From Candidatus Onthovivens sp. (GTDB lineage Bacteria; Bacillota_I; Bacilli_A; RFN20; CAG-826): DNA of 64,000 nt. A model generated the notes under the pieces. The model saw nothing but the letters and a program-made list of their open reading frames with translations. It ran no database searches and was not told the DNA's origin. Shown here piece by piece: positions 1 to 9,952 of this stretch (its first letter is position 1; every line of letters begins with the position of its first letter). Made by a program: the position numbers and the translations under genes. Location of the stretch: positions 49,422 through 113,421 of the forward strand of contig JAXDXW010000004.1 of the NCBI GenBank assembly GCA_034087725.1. Reading direction: 5' to 3'.

Positions 1-2
1 GG

Positions 3-347
3 GACAAAACAGAACCGCTATTAAAAAGAAATTTAAAAATTGACTTATTAATTTCAAACCCACCATATGTCGAAAATATTAATGATATAGAAGAAAACGT
101 AAAAAAATATGAACCTATGCATGCTATTTATAGTAAAGACGGCACTGCATTTTATGAAGATTATTTTAAAAAAGCAAATGATTTAATGAACAAAAAATTT
201 ATAATGGCATTTGAAATTAATTTTGATCAAGAAGAAAAATTGACGTTTCTTATAAACAAATATTTTAATTTAAATAATATATCATTTAAATTTGAAAAAG
301 ATCAATTTGGTCTTACACGCTTTTTGTTTATTTTTGGAGGCTTATAA
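3..347 (+). CDS. prmC: Release factor glutamine N5-methyltransferase PrmC/HemK, C-terminal part (5' end lies outside the window)
   Basis: Frame-0 translation from nt 3 gives ...DLLISNPPYVENINDIEE... with the NPPY N-methyltransferase motif. The ORF ends at 347 and is followed by tsaC-rpiB, as in the Firmicutes prfA-prmC-ywlC locus. Confidence 0.75.
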   Translation, partial: DKTEPLLKRNLKIDLLISNPPYVENINDIEENVKKYEPMHAIYSKDGTAFYEDYFKKANDLMNKKFIMAFEINFDQEEKLTFLINKYFNLNNISFKFEKDQFGLTRFLFIFGGL

Positions 348-946
348 TGACATTTATTAAAAATAACGACATTGAATGTGCGCAAAAAATTCTCGAAAAC
401 AACGGGATAATTTCTTTTCCTACGGAAACAGTATATGGATTGGGTGCAATTGCCAGCGAGGAAAATTATAAAAAAATGGTTAACATTAAAAAAAGACCTC
501 CTGATAAGCCTTTTACATTAATGATATCCTCTTTAAAACAAGTCGATGAACTCGTAGAAATATCTGATATCGCAAAAAAAATAATTGATAAATTTGCCCC
601 TGGACCAATAACGATTATTTTAAAATCTAAGAAAAATGTACCTCATTTTGCGGATTTAGGAAGTGGATTTATTGGAATTAGAATTCCGCAATCTGATTTT
701 ATCCTTAAACTAATCGATAGAATTGACAAACCTCTATTAGTACCGAGCGCTAATCCTTCTGGACTTCCTCCAGCTACTTCTTCTAAGGAAGTATACGAGT
801 ATTTTAACGACTCAATTGATGGAATTGTAGAAGGAAATGTAAGAAGTAATATCCCTTCAACAATAGTAAAAGTAGAAAATAATGAGATAATATTATTAAG
901 AGAAGGAGAAATTTCTTTAAAAATTATTAAGGAGGCAATCAAATGA
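347..946 (+). CDS. tsaC: L-threonylcarbamoyladenylate synthase (Sua5/YwlC/TsaC family)
   Basis: 199-aa ORF with the FPTETVYGLG motif typical of the YrdC/Sua5 family. Its start overlaps the prmC stop. Confidence 0.85.
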   Translation: MTFIKNNDIECAQKILENNGIISFPTETVYGLGAIASEENYKKMVNIKKRPPDKPFTLMISSLKQVDELVEISDIAKKIIDKFAPGPITIILKSKKNVPHFADLGSGFIGIRIPQSDFILKLIDRIDKPLLVPSANPSGLPPATSSKEVYEYFNDSIDGIVEGNVRSNIPSTIVKVENNEIILLREGEISLKIIKEAIK

Positions 947-1380
947 AAATAGCAATAGGAAGCGACCATGGTGGTTATGAAGCAAAAAATAAATTATCAG
1001 ATTATTTAAAATCAAAAAATTATGAAGTTATAGATTGCGGAACATTTTCAAGTGAAAGCTGCAATTATGCAGAATATGGTATTAAGGTAGCTCAAAATGT
1101 TGCAAATAACGAGGCTGATTTCGGCGTTGTTATTTGTACAAGTGGTGAAGGCATTTGTATTGCAGCAAACAAGGTTAAAGGTATTCGCTGTGGAATAGGA
1201 TATAATGACGAAGTTTCAAAACTTTTACGAAATCATAATGATGCAAATATAATTAGTTTTGGAGCAGCATTTATGTCAACAGATGAAATTATTAAGAGGA
1301 CAGAAATTTTCATAAATGAACCGTTTCTTGGTGGAAGACACCAAAAAAGAGTAGATTTTATAAAAAAATTTGAACATTAA
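943..1380 (+). CDS. rpiB: Ribose-5-phosphate isomerase B (RpiB/LacAB family)
   Basis: 145-aa ORF with the MKIAIGSDHGG N-terminus and CGTG..SG segments characteristic of RpiB. It overlaps the tsaC stop by 4 nt. Confidence 0.85.
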   Translation: MKIAIGSDHGGYEAKNKLSDYLKSKNYEVIDCGTFSSESCNYAEYGIKVAQNVANNEADFGVVICTSGEGICIAANKVKGIRCGIGYNDEVSKLLRNHNDANIISFGAAFMSTDEIIKRTEIFINEPFLGGRHQKRVDFIKKFEH

Positions 1381-1403
1381 TTCAAATTCTAGCGACTTGT
1401 ATA

Positions 1404-2555
1404 GTGATGAGTCGCTTTTTTTGTCCAGTTTGTGGAAATAAAGATCCTAAATTTATCGGTTATTTAAATGGTAAACCTTATTGTAGAAGGTGTATTTCGT
1501 TTTGCGGAGAAAAAGCAGATGAGCATTTTATAGTGAATGATAAAATTGAGTCCTCTCTCGATTACCCTCTAACTGAAAAACAGCAAGCAATTTCTGACGA
1601 GATTATTGAAAACTATAAGAAGCATTTTAATCAACTTTTGTATGCGGTCTGTGGCGCAGGCAAGACAGAATTAGTTTTTGGTGTAATTGAGTATGCTTTG
1701 CAAAATAAACTTCGTGTTGGTTTTGCTATCCCTAGGAGGGACGTTGTTATTGAACTTGCAATGCGCATTAAAAGTGCTTTTAAGAGCGCAAAAGTTGTTT
1801 CTTTGTATGGCGGAAATACAGATGAAATTGAAGGAGATATAATTTGTTTAACAACTCACCAATTATTTAGGTTTGATCATTATTTTGATTTACTTATTTT
1901 GGACGAACTTGACGCTTTCCCTTATAAAGAAAATGTGGTTCTTCAGAATATCTTTCTTCGCAGTGTGAGAGGTAATTATTTACTAATGAGTGCAACACCA
2001 AGTGAAGAATTGGTAAATGAATTTAAATCAAGCGAAGATAAAAAAATGTTAAATTTATTTGTTAGATTTCATGGAAAACCAATCCCTGTTCCAAATATCA
2101 TAATAATTCATTTTGATGTTTTTAAACTTATATATATTGCCTTAAAACTCAGATCATATTTAAAAGTACAGAAGAAGGTTCTTATTTTTGTTCCGACTAT
2201 TTCTTTGGCAAAAAAAGTCTATAATTTTTTAAAAAACCTTGCAAAACCTGGATATTTTTTGAGTTCTCAATCAAAAAATAGATTAGAAATTATTCAAGAT
2301 TTTAGAAAAAATAAATATGAATATTTAGTCACAACAGCTGTGTTGGAAAGGGGTGTTACTTTAAGAAATTTACAAGTAATTATTTATAAGGCTGATGAAG
2401 AAATCTACAATTCGCAGGCATTAGTTCAAATATCAGGTAGAGTGGGGAGAAAAGCGGATTGTCCTTATGGAGATGTAATTTATGTTGCTAGTAGAAAAAC
2501 TGTTGAAATGGAAAAATCAATTAATCAAATCATTGAGGCGAACAGACATTTGTAA
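1404..2555 (+). CDS. comFA: Competence protein ComFA-like DEAD/DEAH-box helicase
   Basis: N-terminal CxxC...CxxC zinc finger, a Walker A-like CGAGKTE and a DExD-like LILDELDAF. The gene order comFA-comFC-secA-prfB matches Bacillus. Confidence 0.75.
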   Translation: MMSRFFCPVCGNKDPKFIGYLNGKPYCRRCISFCGEKADEHFIVNDKIESSLDYPLTEKQQAISDEIIENYKKHFNQLLYAVCGAGKTELVFGVIEYALQNKLRVGFAIPRRDVVIELAMRIKSAFKSAKVVSLYGGNTDEIEGDIICLTTHQLFRFDHYFDLLILDELDAFPYKENVVLQNIFLRSVRGNYLLMSATPSEELVNEFKSSEDKKMLNLFVRFHGKPIPVPNIIIIHFDVFKLIYIALKLRSYLKVQKKVLIFVPTISLAKKVYNFLKNLAKPGYFLSSQSKNRLEIIQDFRKNKYEYLVTTAVLERGVTLRNLQVIIYKADEEIYNSQALVQISGRVGRKADCPYGDVIYVASRKTVEMEKSINQIIEANRHL

Positions 2556-3198
2556 GTCCTGCTTTAAAGACATTGAAATAGAGACGGCACATTTTTTTCT
2601 TAATGGAGAACAAAAAATATGCAATAAGTGTTTTTATTCGATGAAGCCATATTTTAAAAATTTTAAATTCTATGGAGTAAATGCTTTAGCTTTATTTCCT
2701 TATAACGAAAAACTGAAACAAATGATTTATTTGCTTAAAGGCTGCAAGGATTATGAAATGCGTGAATGTCTTTTTAAAATGTTTAGAATTGAACTTAAAA
2801 TTAAGTACCGAAATTATAACCTTGTTTGTGCCCCATCATATGCTACAAAAGATAAAGAGCGAGGGTTTAATCATGTTGAAGCCATATTTTCTCAACTAAA
2901 TTTGCCGATATTAAACATTTTAGAAAAAAATAAAGATGTAAATCAGCATAATTTAAATTTCCATAAAAGAAAAAATATTGATGAAGTCATAAAGTTAAAA
3001 GATGATTTCTCATCTATAGATGGCAAAAAAATATTATTAGTGGATGATATTATGACTACTGGGGGAACTATGAAAAGATGTTTGGAATTAGTTAAAAGTC
3101 AGCGACCGAAGAAAATTAAAATACTTGTTTTAGCAAAAAGAGAACTTTCTAAGGAAGAAAAAGAAGTATATAAGAAGGAGGCATTAGATTATATCTAA
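2482..3198 (+). CDS. comFC: ComFC-like phosphoribosyltransferase-domain competence protein
   Basis: CKSC...CNKC zinc ribbon and a C-terminal PRTase motif LLVDDIMTTGGT. The called ORF overlaps comFA by 74 nt in another frame, and the true start is uncertain because there is no internal ATG before the zinc ribbon. Confidence 0.7.
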   Translation: MLLVEKLLKWKNQLIKSLRRTDICKSCFKDIEIETAHFFLNGEQKICNKCFYSMKPYFKNFKFYGVNALALFPYNEKLKQMIYLLKGCKDYEMRECLFKMFRIELKIKYRNYNLVCAPSYATKDKERGFNHVEAIFSQLNLPILNILEKNKDVNQHNLNFHKRKNIDEVIKLKDDFSSIDGKKILLVDDIMTTGGTMKRCLELVKSQRPKKIKILVLAKRELSKEEKEVYKKEALDYI

Positions 3199-3270
3199 TG
3201 AATTGTACTTTTGTGGTTTTATTAGAGCGTCTTTAATGATAAGATATTAGGGATTAGGAGAATTTTTTAT

Positions 3271-5805
3271 ATGAGCAATTTTATAGAGAAAGTATTTAGG
3301 ATTGACCAAAGAATTTTAAAAAAATATAAAAATCAGGCTAAAAAAGTCATGGCATTAGAAGATACCATGAAGGCCTTAAGTGATGAAGAATTAAGAGCGA
3401 AAACGCCTTATTTTAAAGAAAGATTAGCAAATGGTGAAACGCTTAACGATATTAAATTTGAAGCCTTTGCTGTTGCTCGCGAGGCTGCTAGGAGAGTTTT
3501 AAATCAATTTCCTTATGAAGTTCAAATTATTGGTGCATTAGTTTTAAATGATGGTGATGTAGCTGAAATGAAAACCGGCGAAGGAAAAACATTAACAGCT
3601 ACTATGGCTGTTTACTTAAATGCATTATCTGGTAAAGGTGTTCATGTTGTTACAGTTAACGAATATTTAGCAACTAGAGACGCACAATGGATGGGTCAAA
3701 TTTATAGATTTTTAGGTTTAACAGTTGGAGTAAATCTACATAGTTTGACTACAAGTGAGAAAAAACAAGCTCATTTGTGCGATATTACATATACAATTAA
3801 TAGTGAACTTGGTTTTGACTATTTAAGAGACAACATGGCTCCAAATGTTGGTCAACGAGTTTTAAGGGGATTAAATTTTGCAGTTATCGATGAAGCTGAT
3901 AGTATTTTAATCGATGAGTCAAGAACTCCACTTATTATTAGTGGAGGAGCTAAAGCAAGTGCTTCTCAATATACAGTAGCTGATAGATTTGTCAAAATGC
4001 TTAAGAAGAATAAAGATTTTGAAATCGATGTTAAAACAAAAACTGTCAATTTAACAGATAGCGGGAATGATAAAGCTGAAAAATTATTTGGTATTAGAAA
4101 CCTTTATGATCCACAATACGCAGACCTAGTTCATAGAATACATCAAGCATTAAAAGCAAATTATATTATGACTAGAGACGTCGAATATTTGGTAGATGAG
4201 AATAAAGAAATACAATTAATCGACCAATTCACGGGACGTGTTTTAAAAGGAAGAGAATATAGTGATGGACTTCAACAAGCAATTCAAGCTAAAGAAAGCG
4301 TAAAAATAAAAGAAGAAACAGTGACTTTAGCTACTATCACTTACCAAAATTTCTTTAGATTATTTAAGAAAATTGGTGGTATGACTGGTACTGCAAAAAC
4401 TGAAGAAGAAGAATTTAGAAAAATTTACAACATGAAAGTTGTTGTAATTCCTACGAATAGACCTATTCAAAGACAAGATGCTGTTGATTATATTTTTGTT
4501 AGAAAACAACAAAAAATTGTTGCTCTAGTCGAAGAAGTTAAAGAAAGACATGCACTTGGGCAACCTATTTTGATTGGTACACCTAGCGTTGAAGCTTCAG
4601 AAGAAGTTGCCACGTATTTGCAAAAAGCAGGTTTACAATTTGAAATGTTAAATGCTAAGAATCATGCTCGCGAAGCTGAAATTATCTCTCACGCAGGTGA
4701 AAAAGGTCAAATTACTCTTGCAACTAATATGGCAGGTAGAGGAACTGATATTAAATTAACGCCTGAAACAAGAGAATTAGGTGGGTTGTGTGTTTTTGGT
4801 TTAGAAAGACATGAATCAAGAAGAATTGACAATCAATTAAGAGGTAGAAGTGGCCGTCAGGGAGATCCAGGATTTTCTAGATTCTATGTTTCTCTTGAAG
4901 ACGAACTCATGATTCGTTTTGCTAGTGAAAATTTAATGAAAATGTTTGAAAAAGACGGAATGGATGATGGAAAACCAATAGAATCAAAGATGTTAACTAG
5001 TGCAATTACTAGTGCTCAAAAGAGAATAGAAGGCCAAAATTTTGATATTAGAAAGAATTTGCTTGATTATGATGATGTTTTAAGTAAGCAAAGACAAATT
5101 ATGTACAGCAAACGTGATGCAATTTTATACGCAAACGACATTACGGATTTACTTCAAGAAACATTTACTGACTGTGGAAAAGCACTTGCCAAACGTGCAG
5201 TTGATGAAAACAGTGAAGAAAAATTAGTATCGGGAGAAAAATTATCTAAAATAATATCTCCACAATTTTTGCCAGAAGGCACAATCAAAAATTCATTGTA
5301 TGATGAAACCATACCAGAAGAAATTTCAGACGATTTAACAGAAATACTTTTAGATGCATACAAGCAAAAGAAAGCAACCTGGGATGAAGAACTAGGCAAT
5401 CAAATTGAAAGAAGCATTTTGCTTAGAATTATTGATAAAAACTGGACGCAACAAATTGATAATATGAATCGTTTTAGAGAATCTGTTTCTTTAAGAAGTT
5501 ATGCTCAAACCAACCCGCTTCAAGATTATGTTAATGAAGGGTGGGATATGTTTAGAGAAATGTTAGAAATTATTTCTCTTGAAGTTGTTTTGAATCTTTT
5601 AAATATTAAAGTTCAACCAAAAGAGGAAACTAATAAAGATTCATTTACTGTAAACGCTAAAGCTGATGAAGATTTAACAGCATCGCCTCAAAAAGAAGAA
5701 ATTTCTGGTGAAGTAGTTGACGATCCAAACTTAAATATTTCTCACATAGATAAAGATAAGACAGCTGCACCTGAATATAAACACGAGGATATTCATACTA
5801 ACTAA
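3271..5805 (+). CDS. secA: Preprotein translocase ATPase SecA
   Basis: 844-aa ORF with SecA DEAD-motor motifs (MKTGEGKT, DEADSILIDE) and a C-terminal tail. An RBS-like GGAG lies upstream. Confidence 0.95.
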   Translation: MSNFIEKVFRIDQRILKKYKNQAKKVMALEDTMKALSDEELRAKTPYFKERLANGETLNDIKFEAFAVAREAARRVLNQFPYEVQIIGALVLNDGDVAEMKTGEGKTLTATMAVYLNALSGKGVHVVTVNEYLATRDAQWMGQIYRFLGLTVGVNLHSLTTSEKKQAHLCDITYTINSELGFDYLRDNMAPNVGQRVLRGLNFAVIDEADSILIDESRTPLIISGGAKASASQYTVADRFVKMLKKNKDFEIDVKTKTVNLTDSGNDKAEKLFGIRNLYDPQYADLVHRIHQALKANYIMTRDVEYLVDENKEIQLIDQFTGRVLKGREYSDGLQQAIQAKESVKIKEETVTLATITYQNFFRLFKKIGGMTGTAKTEEEEFRKIYNMKVVVIPTNRPIQRQDAVDYIFVRKQQKIVALVEEVKERHALGQPILIGTPSVEASEEVATYLQKAGLQFEMLNAKNHAREAEIISHAGEKGQITLATNMAGRGTDIKLTPETRELGGLCVFGLERHESRRIDNQLRGRSGRQGDPGFSRFYVSLEDELMIRFASENLMKMFEKDGMDDGKPIESKMLTSAITSAQKRIEGQNFDIRKNLLDYDDVLSKQRQIMYSKRDAILYANDITDLLQETFTDCGKALAKRAVDENSEEKLVSGEKLSKIISPQFLPEGTIKNSLYDETIPEEISDDLTEILLDAYKQKKATWDEELGNQIERSILLRIIDKNWTQQIDNMNRFRESVSLRSYAQTNPLQDYVNEGWDMFREMLEIISLEVVLNLLNIKVQPKEETNKDSFTVNAKADEDLTASPQKEEISGEVVDDPNLNISHIDKDKTAAPEYKHEDIHTN

Positions 5806-5806
5806 T

Positions 5807-6917
5807 ATGATTGACTTATATTTTTTAAAATTAAATATAGAAGAGGCACTTAGAGATATTTATCAACTAAGTGATTCACTTTGACTTAGAAAAGATTTCA
5901 AAGAGAATTGACGATATAGATAATTTGTCTCTTAAGGAAGATTTTTGGAATGATGTAAAAGCTGCTTCAAAGTTAATTGATGAAAAAAACGATTTAGTTT
6001 TTAAAAGGGGTTTATTTTTAGACGTAAAAAATAATTTTGAAGGCGCAAGCGAACTTATCAATGAATGTTCTATAGAGGATCAAGAGACTCTTGAACTAGT
6101 GGAAGAGACTTATAATGAAAACTTTCCAAAACTGTCAAAATTAAAAAAAATAGTGCTGTTTTGCGGGGAATTTGATAAAAATAACGCGATTATTGATATT
6201 CACCCAGGAGCTGGAGGAACTGAGGCTTGTGACTGGGCAAACATGCTTTTAAGAATGTACGAACGCTTTTGCGAAACGCATAAATTTAAATATTCTATTG
6301 TGGATTATTTGCCTGGAGAAGAGGCTGGAATTAAATCAGTTACTATGCTTATTGAAGGGACAAATGTTTATGGAATGCTTAAGGGAGAGAAAGGTGTACA
6401 TCGATTAGTTAGAATTTCTCCTTTTGATTCAAACGCTAGAAGACATACTTCATTTGCAAGCGTGAATGTTGTTCCTCAGTTTAATAATGATATTCAAATT
6501 GAAATTAAAGATAGTGAATTAAAAATAGATACATACCGAAGTGGTGGAGCAGGTGGTCAAAATGTCAATAAAGTTGAAACTGCGGTAAGAATCACACATT
6601 TACCTACAGGTATAGTCGTATCTTGTCAAGTCGACAGAACACAGTTAAAAAATAAAGAGATTGCGATGCAAATGCTTAAATCTCAGTTATATCAAATTGA
6701 ATTTGAAAAAAAGCAAAATAAATTGAAAGATATTGTTGGAGAACAAAAAAACATCGAGCGGGGAAGCCAAATTCGCTCATATGTTTTTTGCCCCTACACA
6801 TTAGTTAAAGATAATAGAACAAATTTTGAAACAACTCAAATTGATAAAGTTATGGATGGTGACATAGACGAATTTATTTATAGTTATTTAGAAAAGGAGG
6901 CTAAAGCAAATGGCTAA
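5807..6917 (+). CDS. prfB: Peptide chain release factor 2 with programmed +1 ribosomal frameshift
   Basis: ATG 5807 opens a 25-codon frame ([25 protein letters not shown]) that ends at CTT TGA C (5879-5885). The +1 frame continues DLEKISK... through the GGQ-containing RF domain ([13 protein letters not shown]) to 6917. The ...SL/DLE... junction is the same as in Bacillus RF2. Confidence 0.85.
5879..5885 (+). other. RF2 autoregulatory +1 frameshift site CTT TGA C
   Basis: The exact heptamer of the conserved prfB shift site. The in-frame TGA is followed by C, and the upstream Shine-Dalgarno-like element is weak (AGTGAT). Confidence 0.8.
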
Positions 6918-7953
6918 AGTTATAAGAAATCCAATCTTAAAAAGTATTGTAAATATCTTACTCGTAATTTTAGGGACAATAATTTTAGCTTTTGGCAGCG
7001 GAGTCTTTCTTATACCGTTTCAAATAGTTAGTGGTGGCATCGCCGGTATAGGAGTTTTGCTAAGTAATTTTTTGCCTGTAGATATAACCACTTATATTTT
7101 TAGTTGGTCATTATTTTTTATTGGCTTATTGATTTTAGGATTGAAATTTAGCTTAACTACATTAATTTCAACAATTATTTATCCTTTAGCTTTGACTCTG
7201 ATTTTGAGAACAAATATAGCAAATTCAATTATTGAACTTATGCTGCCTAATCAAGTACACATCGAATTAATTAACGGAGTTATAAATGTCGAAATTCTTA
7301 AAAACACTGAAGTCGGCATATTCTTAATTGCCGGAATTATCGGTGGTGCTTGTGTTGGAATAGGATGCTCCCTTACCTTTTTAGGAGGAGGAAGCACAGG
7401 AGGTCTCGACATATTAACTTTCATCATTAATAAATACACAGGAATTAAAACGTCTATTGTATTTTTTACAATTGATGCAACGATTGTAGGTGCCGGTTTA
7501 ATCGTTGATATTGTTGGACATGAATCTTTTAGATTTATCGGAGGATTGGTAGGTATAATAACTGCTTTCATTTCATCTTTGATGATTGATACTATATATG
7601 CTGGTAATCAAAAAGGGTATAACGTCGATATAATTACGGATAAATACAATGAAATAATAGAATATTCAATTAAAGAGCTCGATAGATCTGCAACAATATT
7701 TGAATGCGTTGGAGCATATTCAAAAGAGGGCAAAAAGATGGTTAGGATAGCCTTTAATAGACGTGAATATACAAAAATAAAAGATGGAATAGCAAAAATT
7801 GATCCAAATGCATTTTCTATGTTTACTCAGACATGTTTTATTGGAGGTGAAGGTTTTAATAAGATAGCTATTTCAAGTGAAAACTCTATATCTTATTTAA
7901 AGAAACTTATTGGAAAGAATAAAAAGGATAGAGATAAAAATCATGGCGAATAA
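6910..7953 (+). CDS. YitT-family membrane protein (DUF161/DUF2179-like)
   Basis: 347-aa polytopic membrane protein with a glycine-rich SGGIAGIG motif and a soluble C-terminal domain. A paralog lies at 46078-47157. Confidence 0.65.
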   Translation: MAKVIRNPILKSIVNILLVILGTIILAFGSGVFLIPFQIVSGGIAGIGVLLSNFLPVDITTYIFSWSLFFIGLLILGLKFSLTTLISTIIYPLALTLILRTNIANSIIELMLPNQVHIELINGVINVEILKNTEVGIFLIAGIIGGACVGIGCSLTFLGGGSTGGLDILTFIINKYTGIKTSIVFFTIDATIVGAGLIVDIVGHESFRFIGGLVGIITAFISSLMIDTIYAGNQKGYNVDIITDKYNEIIEYSIKELDRSATIFECVGAYSKEGKKMVRIAFNRREYTKIKDGIAKIDPNAFSMFTQTCFIGGEGFNKIAISSENSISYLKKLIGKNKKDRDKNHGE

Positions 7954-9925
7954 CGAAAGCAAACCTTTTCAATTAGTAAGTCCATATAAACCAACCGGGG
8001 ATCAACCAACAGCTATTAAAGAATTAATCCAGGGTTTAAAAAATAATAAAAAGTTCCAAGTACTTCTTGGGGCAACTGGAACTGGAAAAACTTTTACTAT
8101 GGCCAATATTATCGCTCAAATGAATCGCCCAACTTTAATAATGGTGCATAATAAAACTCTTGCAGCTCAACTGTATGCTGAAATGAGAGATTTATTTCCT
8201 CATAATCGTGTTGAATACTTTATTTCTAATTTTGATTTTTATCAGCCTGAAGCATATATCCCTTCTTCTGACACATATATTGATAAAAGCGCTTTGTCAA
8301 ATGAGGAAATCGAAATGATGAGAACTAGTGCTGTAAATAGCATAATTGATAGAAGAGATACAATCGTTGTAGCGAGTGTTGCGGCAATATATGGATTAAC
8401 AGACCCTGAAGAATATAAAAAACTTATATTTGAAGTACGTGTAGGCGAAGAAGTTGATAGACATTTGCTATTTTCTAAATTGATTGAAGCCCAATATAAG
8501 CGCAACGATATTGATTTAAATCCTGGAAGATTTAGAGTCCGAGGAGACATTATAGATATAATGCCAACATATAGTAGCGAATATTATATAAGAATAGATA
8601 CTTTTGGCGATTTAATTGAGTCAATATCAAAATGTGATTATGTTACAGGAGAGGTACTCGAGAGATATCGTACTTACAATCTTTTTCCTGCATATGATCA
8701 TGCTTCCACTTTTGATCGCATAAGAGAAGCTACGGAAACAATTCTTGAGGAGTTGGATACAAGATTAAAAGAATTTGGAAAAGAGGGAAAAGCTTTAGAA
8801 GCAGAAAGATTGGCTTTTAGAACACATCAAGATGTTGATTCTATGCTTGAATTTGGTATATGCCCTGGAATTGAAAATTATTCTAGGCATATTGATAAAA
8901 GAAAACCTGGAGAGAAACCATTTTGTTTGATGGATTATTTTCCAAGAGATTTTTTGCTGTTTGTCGACGAATCACATGTGACTTTACCTCAAATTAGGGG
9001 GATGTATAACGGTGATAGAAGTAGAAAAGAAACGTTAGTTGAATACGGCTTTAGATTACCTAGCGCTTTAGATAATAGACCGTTAAATTTTGATGAATTT
9101 TTAGGTGAAATAAATCAGATTATATGTACCAGTGCTACTCCTGGAGATTTTGAGCTCGGTGAAACTGATAACATTTATAGTGAACAAATTATTCGTCCAA
9201 CTGGTTTATTAGATCCAGAAATTGAAGTCCGCCCTACTTTAAATCAAATATCTGACATAATGTTTGAAATTAATAAGAGAATAGAGAAAAACGAAAGAAC
9301 AATTATTGTTACATTGACTATTAAAATGGCTGAAGATCTCACTAAATACTTAAAGGATCATGGCATAAAAACAGTTTATTTACATAGCGAATGTAAAACC
9401 TTAGAAAGAAGTGAGATAATTTATCAATTTAGAAAGCAGAAATATGATGTATTAGTAGGAATTAATTTATTAAGAGAAGGATTAGATATTCCAGAATCCT
9501 CATTAATGGTTATTTTAGATGCGGATAAAGAAGGTTTCTTAAGGTCTGAACGTAGCTTAATTCAGGTAGTTGGTAGAGTTGCAAGAAATTCAAACGGGAA
9601 AGTTATTATGTACGCTGATAAAATAACCGACAGTATGAAAAAATGTATCGATGAAACTAATCGAAGAAGAGAAATTCAAAACAAATATAATTTGGAAAAC
9701 GGAATTATACCTCAAACGATAATAAAAGAAATTAAAGAACCTTTAAAAGTTAATGATGATAATTTAGAAGTGAGTTATTCTGGAAAATTGTCAAAGACAG
9801 AAATCGAAAAGCGTATTAAAGTGTTTGAAAAAGAAATGCGTTTAGCTGCTAAAAACTACGACTTTGAAAAAGCTATTGAGCTTAGAGAAACTATTGTTGA
9901 ACTAAAAAATAAATTAAAAAAATAG
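7943..9925 (+). CDS. uvrB: Excinuclease ABC subunit B
   Basis: The N-terminus [21 protein letters not shown], Walker A GATGTGKT and the C-terminal UVR domain all fit UvrB. The ORF-track start at 7910 is an in-frame upstream extension; the ATG at 7943 is preferred. Confidence 0.93.
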   Translation: MANNESKPFQLVSPYKPTGDQPTAIKELIQGLKNNKKFQVLLGATGTGKTFTMANIIAQMNRPTLIMVHNKTLAAQLYAEMRDLFPHNRVEYFISNFDFYQPEAYIPSSDTYIDKSALSNEEIEMMRTSAVNSIIDRRDTIVVASVAAIYGLTDPEEYKKLIFEVRVGEEVDRHLLFSKLIEAQYKRNDIDLNPGRFRVRGDIIDIMPTYSSEYYIRIDTFGDLIESISKCDYVTGEVLERYRTYNLFPAYDHASTFDRIREATETILEELDTRLKEFGKEGKALEAERLAFRTHQDVDSMLEFGICPGIENYSRHIDKRKPGEKPFCLMDYFPRDFLLFVDESHVTLPQIRGMYNGDRSRKETLVEYGFRLPSALDNRPLNFDEFLGEINQIICTSATPGDFELGETDNIYSEQIIRPTGLLDPEIEVRPTLNQISDIMFEINKRIEKNERTIIVTLTIKMAEDLTKYLKDHGIKTVYLHSECKTLERSEIIYQFRKQKYDVLVGINLLREGLDIPESSLMVILDADKEGFLRSERSLIQVVGRVARNSNGKVIMYADKITDSMKKCIDETNRRREIQNKYNLENGIIPQTIIKEIKEPLKVNDDNLEVSYSGKLSKTEIEKRIKVFEKEMRLAAKNYDFEKAIELRETIVELKNKLKK

Positions 9926-9945
9926 CGGACTTTTGCAGGGTTTTT
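9913..9945 (-). repeat. Copy a of the dispersed AAAACCCTGCA(G/A)AAC...ATTATTTTTT repeat
   Basis: The reverse complement reads AAAAACCCTGCAAAAGTCCGCTATTTTTTTAAT. It lies in the 27-nt gap between the convergent uvrB and typA stops, and its T-tail overlaps the last uvrB codons. Confidence 0.7.
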
Positions 9946-9952
9946 GAGAAAA

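Noticed and set aside
643-969. 108-aa ORF antisense to tsaC
   Set aside because: Lies entirely inside a well-supported conserved gene on the opposite strand, has no RBS, and has low-complexity S/L/I-rich composition typical of antisense frames in AT-rich DNA.
5154-5399. 81-aa ORF antisense to secA
   Set aside because: Embedded in secA and serine-rich with no RBS or promoter. It was treated as a spurious antisense frame.
5882-5884. Possibility that TGA encodes Trp (Mycoplasma/Spiroplasma code 4)
   Set aside because: Trp is encoded by TGG throughout. TGA cleanly terminates several conserved genes (the ABC ATPase at 38272-38274 and the EEP gene at 57091-57093). The genome also encodes RF2 with the UGA-dependent frameshift site, which code-4 organisms lack.
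7251-7571. 106-aa ORF antisense to the YitT-family gene
   Set aside because: Overlapped by a strongly hydrophobic sense ORF and its P/T-rich composition reflects the antisense of G/A/I/V codons.
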